DNA of 55,339 nucleotides from a virus (Duplodnaviria; Caudoviricetes): the IMG/VR virus record IMGVR_UViG_3300035003_000007, positions 1-55,339 of that record. One strand, written 5' to 3'. Shown in pieces: positions 19,145-27,184 of this stretch (its first letter is position 1; each line of letters opens with the position of its first letter). The translations under genes and the position numbers were made by a program. A model generated the notes under the pieces. The model saw nothing but the letters and a program-made list of their open reading frames with translations. It searched no databases and was not told the origin of the DNA.

Positions 19145-19486
19145 ATGGCCGCTCGAAGGCAGGCACGCGTGCGTCCCGTCGACGCCGCGATTGTCCGATT
19201 GATGGCGCTCGCCGCGAAGGCCGTTCCGCCGCACCGCATTGCGCGCGAGGTCGAGGTGATCGTCGCCGAATGGCTACGCGCGCCCGACGCCGACCCCATC
19301 GAGGCAAAGGGGTGGCTGGACGAACTGCGCGAGAAGATCGTCGTGGGCGTTGCTGACGCCGAGGAGCAGCTCTCGGACATCGACACCAGCGAGCCGGCCG
19401 CGGTGAAGCAGGCGCAAGCCACGCTGGCGGCGCTGGTCGCCACGCGGGATGCCGCTGAGCGTGCGCGGGCTGCTGTCCGCACATGA
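19145..19486 (+). CDS. Helical hypothetical protein (probably SOS-regulated)
   Basis: AAGGAG RBS, ATG 19145, 113 aa, predicted all-alpha. Confidence 0.65.
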   Translation: MAARRQARVRPVDAAIVRLMALAAKAVPPHRIAREVEVIVAEWLRAPDADPIEAKGWLDELREKIVVGVADAEEQLSDIDTSEPAAVKQAQATLAALVATRDAAERARAAVRT

Positions 19487-19747
19487 GCCAGGGTTGTTCA
19501 CTTTGCGCGTATGGCCAAGCGGCCGCATCGCCTGACCATCTGGGGAATGTGGGCCAACACGGCCTCGCATTTCTGCGTTGGGCCTGCATCAGGCTCATGG
19601 TCGGAAAACTCTGCCAGAAAGCGCTATGATCCCGGATGGACTCCAAGGAACCACGGATCTAGTGCGAGAAGTGGCGCTGGGCGACGGGTGGACACTGGAA
19701 CTCTCTGTCTACCTTGCGAGACGCTGACGGCAGGGAGTGTCGGAGCC

Positions 19748-20755
19748 ATGGCCACCATCAGCAACCTGACCAGCCGCAATGCGGTTCTGCAAGCCATCAA
19801 GGAATACGACGACCTGGGACGCGATGACTTCCTCAGCCGCTATGGCTTCAGGAAATCCAGATCATACGTCCTGATCCACCAGGACAAGCACTACGACAGC
19901 AAGGCCATCGCTGGAGTGGCGTTGAAGTACGAGCCGGGCGTTGATCGAGCCTTGAGGTCCGATGAGTTCTCGGGCGGTGCGAACACGGTGCAGGCGAAGT
20001 TGGAGGAACTCGGCTTCGTGGTCCGAGCCTTCGCCGAGCCCCTGTTGATCCCCAGCACGGCCGCGTCTCGCACCACCGACAAAGAGACCCAGCGCGATAG
20101 CCTCGTTCTGCTCGCTCCGGACGAGGAATTCGCACCGGGTTCGGGAAGGCAGAAGACTTGGGACATGCTGCGATCATCCGTCAACTTGGAGGAGTTCGCT
20201 CAGAAGTTCGCAGCGGCAACGCCAGTCGCTCCAAGCATCACAGTGGCCAACTTCCTATCCTGGCTTCGACGATCCGGGCGAGCGGTCATGGCACAGGGCG
20301 AAGCAATCCGACACCTTCGTCCCGTCGACGCCGACGATGAACCCTTCGATCCCGAGAACATCACCGACGCCCGCGAGAAGGTCCGTCGTGAGATCCGAGC
20401 CCGCCGGGGCCAAAAGCAGTTCCGCGATGCCCTAATCGAAGCCTACGCGGGCCGCTGCGCCATCACCGGCTGCGATGTCCTCGACGTCCTGGAAGCCGCG
20501 CACATCACGCCATACCTCGGTCCCGAGACGAACCACGTCACAAATGGGCTCCTGCTGCGCGCGGACCTCCACACGCTCTTCGACACTAACCTCGTCGCTG
20601 TGGATCCGGAGACGCTGCAGGTGCTGGTGGCGCCCAGGATCCACGACCCGGCGTACCGGGCGCTGCATGGGCAGCCGCTACGGGCAACGAAGACAAAGGC
20701 ATCAATGCCGAGTGAGGCGGCGGTCAAGCAGCACCTGGCGAATTGCTCGTGGTGA
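19748..20755 (+). CDS. HNH endonuclease with ScoMcrA-like N-terminal head domain
   Basis: GGAG RBS. N-terminus AVLQAIKEYDDLGRDDFLSRYGFRKSRSYVL...YDSKAIAGVA. C-terminus RRGQKQFRDALIEAY.GRCAITG...EAAHITPY...NGLLLRADLHTLFD (HNH_2 type). Confidence 0.88.
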   Translation: MATISNLTSRNAVLQAIKEYDDLGRDDFLSRYGFRKSRSYVLIHQDKHYDSKAIAGVALKYEPGVDRALRSDEFSGGANTVQAKLEELGFVVRAFAEPLLIPSTAASRTTDKETQRDSLVLLAPDEEFAPGSGRQKTWDMLRSSVNLEEFAQKFAAATPVAPSITVANFLSWLRRSGRAVMAQGEAIRHLRPVDADDEPFDPENITDAREKVRREIRARRGQKQFRDALIEAYAGRCAITGCDVLDVLEAAHITPYLGPETNHVTNGLLLRADLHTLFDTNLVAVDPETLQVLVAPRIHDPAYRALHGQPLRATKTKASMPSEAAVKQHLANCSW

Positions 20756-21043
20756 CCCCCCACGGGGGCTCACGACACGCCTCGCCGCTCGTCACGCTCG
20801 CGTCGCGCTTCCATTTCGACCTCCAAGCGTGCCACCATCTCGACAGCCGCCTCAGTAGGCTTAGTCGGCGTGCCGCAGCCCGCGGCGCTCAGGAAGCCTT
20901 TCCTCGATGCGCTGTTACAATTCACCCCATGGCGGCGCGCAAATCGCGTTGGGTATAGTGGGGACACGTCGAGAAGGTGCGTCGAGCGCCGCGGCTCCCG
21001 AGCCACTCGCCAGCTGATCAGCCACTGTGGCTTTCGAGCCGCA

Positions 21044-21209
21044 GGGTCCTTCCTGGCCCCGCTGTATGCGGGGGGCGGAAGCGCGCAAGGTCGCTAGCGC
21101 CAGGCCGAAAAACAGGGTTGCGGTTTGCAGCCTTTTCCCCGTGCGATCAGCCAGATAGCCCGCAAACCATGCCGCGCACGGTTTGCACTCACGGCTGGAT
21201 GGTTTGCAC
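21044..21209 (+). other. Candidate lambda-like cos packaging site (cosQ-cosN-cosB)
   Basis: GGGTCCT (identical to lambda cosQ) at 21044, then TGCG-GGGGGCGGAAGCG-CGCA, then four GGTTTGC sites (21122, 21162 inverted, 21180, 21201). The prophage encodes a GpA terminase. Confidence 0.65.
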
Positions 21210-21233
21210 CCACTCCCAGATTCGGATGGCATC

Positions 21234-22703
21234 ATGACGCTCCCCTGGATGGCAGCGAAGATCCTGCTGCGTCCGGTGGCGGAGCTGCGCCCGCATGCCG
21301 GCAACGCGCGCGTTCACAGCGCCGAGCAGCTGGAGCAGATCAAGGCCAGCATGCTGGCCTTCGGCTTCACCAATCCGCTGCTGGTGGACGAGGCCGGCGT
21401 GCTTATCGCGGGGCACGGTCGGCTTGAGGCCGCGGTCGCGCTCGGCATGGCCAAGGTGCCGGTGATCGTGCTGCGGCACCTGTCCGCTGCGCAGAAGGAG
21501 GCGCTGCGGCTCGCCGACAATCGCATCGCGGAGAACGCGACCTGGGACCAGGCGCTGCTGCGCGATGCGCTGGCCAGTGTCCATGCGGCGCAGGACATCG
21601 ACCTCGCCACGCTCGGCTTCTCGGCGGATGAGCTCGCGGACATCCTCGCGGCGGCTGGAGATGCCGTGTCCGACGGCGACGCGCCCGAGGCTCTGTCCGC
21701 GGATCCTGCCGAGGGGGACGGTGCGGCTGGCGCGGCAGGCACGGAGGATGCGCCGGCGGACGATCCCGCCGACGCCGATCCGGAGCCGCCGCGCCAGGCC
21801 GTGACCCGCCCCGGCGATCTGTGGCTGCTCGGCGAGCATCGCCTGCTCTGCGGCGACAGCACCGATGCTGGCACGGTGGCGCGCGTCATGGGCGAGGACC
21901 GCGCGGCGCTGTTGTTCACGTCGCCGCCCTATGGAAACCAGCGGGACTACACCACCGGCGGCGTCACGGATTGGGACGCCCTGATGCAGGGCGTGTTCCA
22001 GCATCTCGACCTGGCTATGCGACCGGACGGCCAGGTGCTGGTGAACCTCGGCCTGATCCACCGCGACAATGAATGGCAGCCCTATTGGGCTGGCTGGCTG
22101 GACTGGATGCGCGCCCGCGGCTGGCGAAGGTTCGGGCTCTACACCTGGGACCAGGGGCCCGGTCTCCCCGGCGACTGGAACGGCCGCCTAGCGCCGGCCT
22201 TCGAGTTTGTCTTCCACTTCAACCGCCAGGCCCGCCAGGCGAACAAGATCGTGCCCTGCAAATGGGCAGGCACGCCGAACAAGGGCAGCGGGCTGCGGGC
22301 GGCCGACGGGACCATCTCGGAATACCAGCATGCCGGCCTGCCGGTGCAGGACTTCCGGATCCCCGACAACGTGCTGCGGCTGACCCGCCACAAGGGCCGC
22401 GGCATCGAGACTGAGCACCCTGCGGTGTTCCCGGTGGTGCTGCCCGAGTTCCTGATGCGCACCTACACGGACGAGGGCGACGTCGTGTTCGAGCCCTTCG
22501 GCGGCTCCGGCACCACCATCCTGGCGGGCCAACGCACGGGCCGGCGCGTGCGCGCGATCGAGCTGGCGCCGGCCTATGTCGACCTGGCGATCGCGCGCTG
22601 GCGGATGCTGCATCCGGACCTGCCGGTGACGCTGGCGGACGATGGCCGCGGATACGACGCCGTTGCCGCGGCGCGGATGGAGGTCACCGTCGATGCAGCT
22701 TGA
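21234..22703 (+). CDS. ParB/Srx N-domain + DNA methyltransferase (SPPY, likely N4C)
   Basis: NARVHS...LIAGHGRLEAA; HRLLCGDST; FTSPPY; HPAVFP; FEPFGGSGTT. Confidence 0.9.
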   Translation: MTLPWMAAKILLRPVAELRPHAGNARVHSAEQLEQIKASMLAFGFTNPLLVDEAGVLIAGHGRLEAAVALGMAKVPVIVLRHLSAAQKEALRLADNRIAENATWDQALLRDALASVHAAQDIDLATLGFSADELADILAAAGDAVSDGDAPEALSADPAEGDGAAGAAGTEDAPADDPADADPEPPRQAVTRPGDLWLLGEHRLLCGDSTDAGTVARVMGEDRAALLFTSPPYGNQRDYTTGGVTDWDALMQGVFQHLDLAMRPDGQVLVNLGLIHRDNEWQPYWAGWLDWMRARGWRRFGLYTWDQGPGLPGDWNGRLAPAFEFVFHFNRQARQANKIVPCKWAGTPNKGSGLRAADGTISEYQHAGLPVQDFRIPDNVLRLTRHKGRGIETEHPAVFPVVLPEFLMRTYTDEGDVVFEPFGGSGTTILAGQRTGRRVRAIELAPAYVDLAIARWRMLHPDLPVTLADDGRGYDAVAAARMEVTVDAA

Positions 22704-23949
22704 TCTCGTGGTGAGCAGCGCGCCGGTCGCATCCCTCGTGCCCTATGCCGAGAATGCGCGCACGCATTCGCCGTCGCAGGTGACGCAGATCGCCGCATCC
22801 ATCGCCGAGTTCGGCTTCGTGAACCCGGTGCTGGTCGACGCCGAGGGCGTGCTGATCGCCGGCCACGGCCGCGTCATGGCCGCGAAGCAGCTGGGCCTCG
22901 CCTCCGTGCCGGTGTTGCGGCTCGGTCATCTCTCCCCGGCGCAGGCGCGCGCGCTCCGCCTGGCCGACAACCAGATCGCGTTGAACTCCGGCTGGGACGA
23001 GGCGCTGCTCGCCGCAGAGATTGCTCGCATCCGCGACGAGGCCGTGGTCGACCTGGACGTGCTTGGCTTCTCCGGCATGGAACTGGATCGCCTGCTGGCA
23101 GCTGCCGATGCCGGCCTCGGCGACGATGCTGATGAGGCGCCGCCGCTGCCCTTGGTGCCAGTCACCCGCAGCGGCGACCTCTGGCGCTGCGGCGAGCACC
23201 GCCTGCTGTGCGGCGACGCGACGAAGCTGGCCGATGTGCAGCGTGCGCTTGGCGCCGGCCATCTGGCGGACATGGCGTGGCAAGACCCTCCGTATAACGT
23301 TGCGTATGAGGGCGGCACCGCGGCCAAGATGACCATCGCGAACGATGCGTTGGGTGCTGACTTCGCCGACTTCCTGCGGCCCGCGCTGGCCAACATGCTC
23401 TCGGTCACCAAGGGCGCCTGCTACGTCTGCATGTCCTCCTCCGAATGGCCGACGCTGCATCGCGTCTGGCAGGAGGCCGGCGGCAAATGGTCCAGCACCA
23501 TCATCTGGGCGAAGAACACCTTCGCTCTCGGTCGCGCCGACTACCACCAGCAGTTCGAGGCCATGCTCTACGGCTGGAAGGCAGGCGCGCAGCACTACTG
23601 GTGCGGCGCGCGCGACCAGGGGAATGTCTGGCACTTCGACAAGCCGGCCCGCAACGACCTGCATCCGACGATGAAGCCTGTGGCGCTGATCGAGCGGGCG
23701 ATCCGCAACAGCAGCAAGCCGCGCGACACGGTGCTGGATTGCTTCGGCGGCTCGGGCACCACCATGATCGCGGCGGAGCGTACCGGACGGCGCGCTGTGC
23801 TGCTGGAGATCGATCCCGCCTATGCCGATGTGATCGTGCGGCGCTGGCAGGAGACGACCGGCAAGGCCGCGGTGCTGGATGGCGAAGATCGTACCTTCGC
23901 AGATATCGCCGCAGTTCGAGATGTCGGGAGCGCCAAGGCGATTGCATGA
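22693..23949 (+). CDS. ParB/Srx N-domain + DNA methyltransferase (DPPY, likely N6A)
   Basis: NARTHS...LIAGHGRV; HRLLCGDAT; QDPPYNV; HPTMKP; LDCFGGSGTT. Confidence 0.9.
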   Translation: MQLDLVVSSAPVASLVPYAENARTHSPSQVTQIAASIAEFGFVNPVLVDAEGVLIAGHGRVMAAKQLGLASVPVLRLGHLSPAQARALRLADNQIALNSGWDEALLAAEIARIRDEAVVDLDVLGFSGMELDRLLAAADAGLGDDADEAPPLPLVPVTRSGDLWRCGEHRLLCGDATKLADVQRALGAGHLADMAWQDPPYNVAYEGGTAAKMTIANDALGADFADFLRPALANMLSVTKGACYVCMSSSEWPTLHRVWQEAGGKWSSTIIWAKNTFALGRADYHQQFEAMLYGWKAGAQHYWCGARDQGNVWHFDKPARNDLHPTMKPVALIERAIRNSSKPRDTVLDCFGGSGTTMIAAERTGRRAVLLEIDPAYADVIVRRWQETTGKAAVLDGEDRTFADIAAVRDVGSAKAIA

Positions 23950-24015
23950 CCACGTGGCGCGCTGCTACCCCATGATCATCGACGTCTCCTGACCAACCCG
24001 CTTCGAGGACCGGCT

Positions 24016-24522
24016 GTGCCGCAGCGACAGGTATACACCATTGGCTATGAAGGAGCGGATCTGGCGTCCTTCCTTGCGAAGCTGGCGTCCGCGGGCATCA
24101 AGCAGGTGATCGACGTGCGGGAGTTGCCGCTCTCCAGAAAGCGGGGCTTCTCGAAGACAGCTCTCGCGGCCGCGCTTGCCGAACGCGAGATTCGCTATCT
24201 GCACCTACGCGATCTCGGAGACCCGAAGCCTGGGCGTGAGGCTGCGCGGCGAGGTGATCACAGCAGCTTCCTCCGCATCTACAGGCGGCACCTCGCAGGG
24301 ACATCGGCCCAGGCCGCCTTGGCAGAGGCGAACCGGCAGGCTGCCGCTCTGCGGTCCTGCCTTCTATGTTTTGAGCGCGACCACGACGGGTGCCACCGCT
24401 CCATCGTGGCGGACGCCATGACCGCCGCGACGGGGATCAGAGTGACGCATCTCCGCGTTTATCCACCAGACCGGCACAGTGCCCAGAGTAGCGATGAGCG
24501 CGCCACCACCCACGTCTGGTGA
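24016..24522 (+). CDS. DUF488 family protein
   Basis: YTIGYEG, IDVRELPLSRKRGFSK, CLLCFERDHDGCHRSIVA. Confidence 0.88.
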   Translation: MPQRQVYTIGYEGADLASFLAKLASAGIKQVIDVRELPLSRKRGFSKTALAAALAEREIRYLHLRDLGDPKPGREAARRGDHSSFLRIYRRHLAGTSAQAALAEANRQAAALRSCLLCFERDHDGCHRSIVADAMTAATGIRVTHLRVYPPDRHSAQSSDERATTHVW

Positions 24523-25267
24523 GGCCGAGGCGGTCGTCATCGTCAAGGCCGCGCCGCAACTTGGGCAGAAGCATGGCGAGACGGTTTGCTGCGCGGGAAT
24601 CGATCTCCAGGGTAACTGGTTGCGCCTATACCCCGTGGCTTTTCGCACGCTTGATGAGGGCCAGAAATTCGGCCGGTGGGATCGCATTCGCTTTCGCTGG
24701 CGGCTTCCCAATGACGATTCCCGGCCGGAAAGCCGCCGGGTCGATCAGGACAGTATCCGCGTCGTGGGCGACCTTCGGCAAACGGAGCGTCAGCGATTTC
24801 TCGCAGCCCGCATTGTCACTGGTCTCAAGCGCGAGCGCGAAGCGAAGCGCAGTCTCGCGCTACTGAAGGCTCGCATCCTCGACTTTTCGCACGAGCGGAA
24901 GTCGGGTGATGAACTCGAGCGCGAAGGTGCAGCCTTTGCAGCCCTCCACAATCAGAGCGACCTCTTCAACACCAAGCCCCTGATCCCGTATCAGCCATGC
25001 CCATTCAAGTTCCAGTACCGCTACGAGACGGATGACGGCATCCGCCATGGGACCTGTCAGGATTGGGAGATCGAGGCAACGTTCTACAAGTGGCGGCGAG
25101 CGTACGGGGAGCAGCGGGCGCTTGCAGAAATGCAGCGCGTGTTTGGCGAAGAGTATCCGGCGAAGGGGATGCTGATGGCGATGGGCACCCACTCGCTCTA
25201 CCCAGATACGTGGCTGATCAACGGCGTCGTCCGGCTCGACGAGGTGGAGCAGCTAGCGCTGTTCTGA
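24494..25267 (+). CDS. Conserved hypothetical protein partnering DUF488 (possible OB-fold nucleic acid binding)
   Basis: VIVKAAP...ETVCCAGIDLQGNWLRLYPVAFR...DSRPES...DWEIEATF...MGTH. Overlaps the DUF488 gene. Confidence 0.75.
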   Translation: MSAPPPTSGEAEAVVIVKAAPQLGQKHGETVCCAGIDLQGNWLRLYPVAFRTLDEGQKFGRWDRIRFRWRLPNDDSRPESRRVDQDSIRVVGDLRQTERQRFLAARIVTGLKREREAKRSLALLKARILDFSHERKSGDELEREGAAFAALHNQSDLFNTKPLIPYQPCPFKFQYRYETDDGIRHGTCQDWEIEATFYKWRRAYGEQRALAEMQRVFGEEYPAKGMLMAMGTHSLYPDTWLINGVVRLDEVEQLALF

Positions 25268-25408
25268 AGTCGACGCGACGCGTCCCCGATCGAGAATACT
25301 CAATTACAGCAACAAGATAACACTGCATCTCGCTTGGCTCGGGCGCGGCACAGCGCGAATGGTCCGTCACGCGCAGGGGATGCCCTGCGCCACACGACGG
25401 AGACCAGC

Positions 25409-25645
25409 ATGCCCGACCGCGAAGCCCGCGCCGCCCGCAACCAGGAGAACAGCCTCGCCGCCTTCCTCGCGAAGAAGGCGGAGTTCGACGCCCTGCTCGC
25501 CGAACTGCAGCAAGACAGCGACGACCACTTCTGGGCGGACCCTGAGGCGGTGCTCTGGGGCGAGACGGCCTGGCTCGCGGACGCCGTCGCGAAGCTGAAG
25601 GACATCGCTGATCAGCACTTCCGCCGCGGTGAGTACGCCCCCTAG
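25409..25645 (+). CDS. Small conserved phage protein
   Basis: GGAG RBS; LAAFLAKKAEFDALLAELQ..SDDHF..DPE.V.WG. Confidence 0.75.
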   Translation: MPDREARAARNQENSLAAFLAKKAEFDALLAELQQDSDDHFWADPEAVLWGETAWLADAVAKLKDIADQHFRRGEYAP

Positions 25646-25664
25646 CGCGGCGCACCCCGCGACG

Positions 25665-25735
25665 GCCCCGACCGGGTTCCGCCCGGCGGGGCTCCCGGCA
25701 GTAGGGCGCCGAGGGTCGGCTCCCGGAACCGGAGA
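25665..25735 (+). promoter_or_regulatory. Two-hairpin structured leader that could sequester the DUF3489 RBS
   Basis: GCCCCGACCGGG-TTCCG-CCCGGCGGGGC, then a nested stem whose outer arms CTCCCGG and CCGGAG include the GGAGA RBS. Confidence 0.4.
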
Positions 25736-25743
25736 CCCCGACG

Positions 25744-26574
25744 ATGAAGCTTTCCGACACGCAGCGCGCGATCCTCGCCGCCGCCGCCGAGCACCCCGAG
25801 CACCTGGCCTACCCGCCCGAGCGCCTGCCGGCCGGCGCGAAGCAGAAGGTGGCGCAGGCTCTGCTGAAGAACGACCTAGTCATCGGCGTGCATCGCCCCG
25901 CCTACGAAGCCATCGCGAAGTGGACGGTGGACGGCGACGAGCTGCTGCTGAAGATCACCGACGACGGGCTGCGCGCGATCGGCATCGACCCGAACGCGGG
26001 CGACGCGGCGGAGGAGGACGAGCAGAGCGCCGCCGCCATCGCGCGCCGCAACGCCGAGCGCCGCGCCGCCGCAGAGGCTGCCGCGCCGGTGGCCGACACG
26101 GCGCCCACGGGCGGGGGGGACGCCGCGGAGGCGGAGGCCGCCGCGGAGGAAGCCGAACCCACCCAGGGCGCGCCCACGCCCGCCCCGCGGGCCAGCCTGC
26201 GCGACGCCGCGCAGCGGGTCCTCGATGCCTGGGAGGACGAGGCCAACCAGCGCTACGACCTGACCGACGCGATCGACGCCCTGCGCCAGATCCTGGCGAA
26301 GCCCGCCCGCGCCACGCGCGAGACCGGCGCGCCGCGGAAGCCGCGCGAGGGCACGAAGCAGGAGACGGTGCTGGCGATGCTCCGCCGCGAGGAGGGTGCG
26401 ACCATCGCGCAGATCTGCGAGGCAACCGGCTGGCAGCAGCACACGGTCCGCGGGTTCTTCGCCGGCCTGAAGAAGAAGGGCTACGCGGTCGAGGTGCTGG
26501 AGCGGATCCGCCAGGTCGGCCCGAACAAGACGGGCGCGAAGGGCTCCTTCGCCATCTATCACCTGCCGGCCTGA
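25744..26574 (+). CDS. DUF3489 domain protein
   Basis: MKLSDTQRAILAAAA; C-terminal GTKQETVLAMLRREEGATIAQICEATGWQQHTVRGFFAG. Confidence 0.88.
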   Translation: MKLSDTQRAILAAAAEHPEHLAYPPERLPAGAKQKVAQALLKNDLVIGVHRPAYEAIAKWTVDGDELLLKITDDGLRAIGIDPNAGDAAEEDEQSAAAIARRNAERRAAAEAAAPVADTAPTGGGDAAEAEAAAEEAEPTQGAPTPAPRASLRDAAQRVLDAWEDEANQRYDLTDAIDALRQILAKPARATRETGAPRKPREGTKQETVLAMLRREEGATIAQICEATGWQQHTVRGFFAGLKKKGYAVEVLERIRQVGPNKTGAKGSFAIYHLPA

Positions 26575-26592
26575 CCACGGAGCCGGACACGT

Positions 26593-26626
26593 CGAGGGCC
26601 CGCCGCCCGACGGTAGCGGGCCCTTG
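26593..26626. terminator. Hairpin after DUF3489
   Basis: CGAGGGCCCGC...GCGGGCCCTTG stem; weak U tail. Confidence 0.45.
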
Positions 26627-26664
26627 CTCGTGATGACCATCACGCGCGGCGGGAGGTCGCCGCC

Positions 26665-27180
26665 ATGCCGGAACTGACCGCCTCCACGCGCGAGGCCGCG
26701 CGGCGCCTCGGCGTCAGCGACACCGCCATCCACAAGGCCGAGCGCGCGGGCCGCATTGCTCGCGAGCCGGACGGCCAGTGGGACATCGACAAGACCCGCC
26801 GCCGCCTGACCGAAACCGCCGATCCCGTTCGCTCGCCCCTGGCCGGTAGCGCCGGCGCAGATGGCACGCCCTTCGCGCGGCTGAAGGTCGCGCAGCTGGC
26901 CCTGAAGGTGGAGGCGCAGCGCCTCTCGCTGGATGAGACCAAGCGCCGCCTGCTCGATGTCACCGAGGCGAATGCCGCGCTCGACGAGATCGGCAGCACG
27001 ATGCGCGATGCGCTGCTCAACTGGCCGGCACGCGTGTCGGGCCTGATTGCCGCCGAGATCAGCGTCGACCCGCATCTGCTGCAGACCATCCTGCAGAGCC
27101 ACATCAACGACCTGCTGACGGAGGCGGCCGATCGCTTCGATCCCGCAGGCCTCGGAGGGGACCGGTCTCCGCAGCCGTGA
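26665..27180 (+). CDS. Terminase small subunit (Nu1-like)
   Basis: N-terminal HTH STREAARRLGVSDTAIHKA; MRDALLNWPARVS; directly upstream of GpA. Confidence 0.8.
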   Translation: MPELTASTREAARRLGVSDTAIHKAERAGRIAREPDGQWDIDKTRRRLTETADPVRSPLAGSAGADGTPFARLKVAQLALKVEAQRLSLDETKRRLLDVTEANAALDEIGSTMRDALLNWPARVSGLIAAEISVDPHLLQTILQSHINDLLTEAADRFDPAGLGGDRSPQP

Positions 27181-27184
27181 GCAT

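Noticed and set aside
19496-19510. Third LexA box upstream of the HNH gene
   Set aside because: Only one GTTC half-site; the second half does not match.
20862-20890. Duplicated end of gene 18301-18846 flanking the HNH cargo
   Set aside because: Only a 9-bp match (TAGTCGGCG), which is expected by chance.
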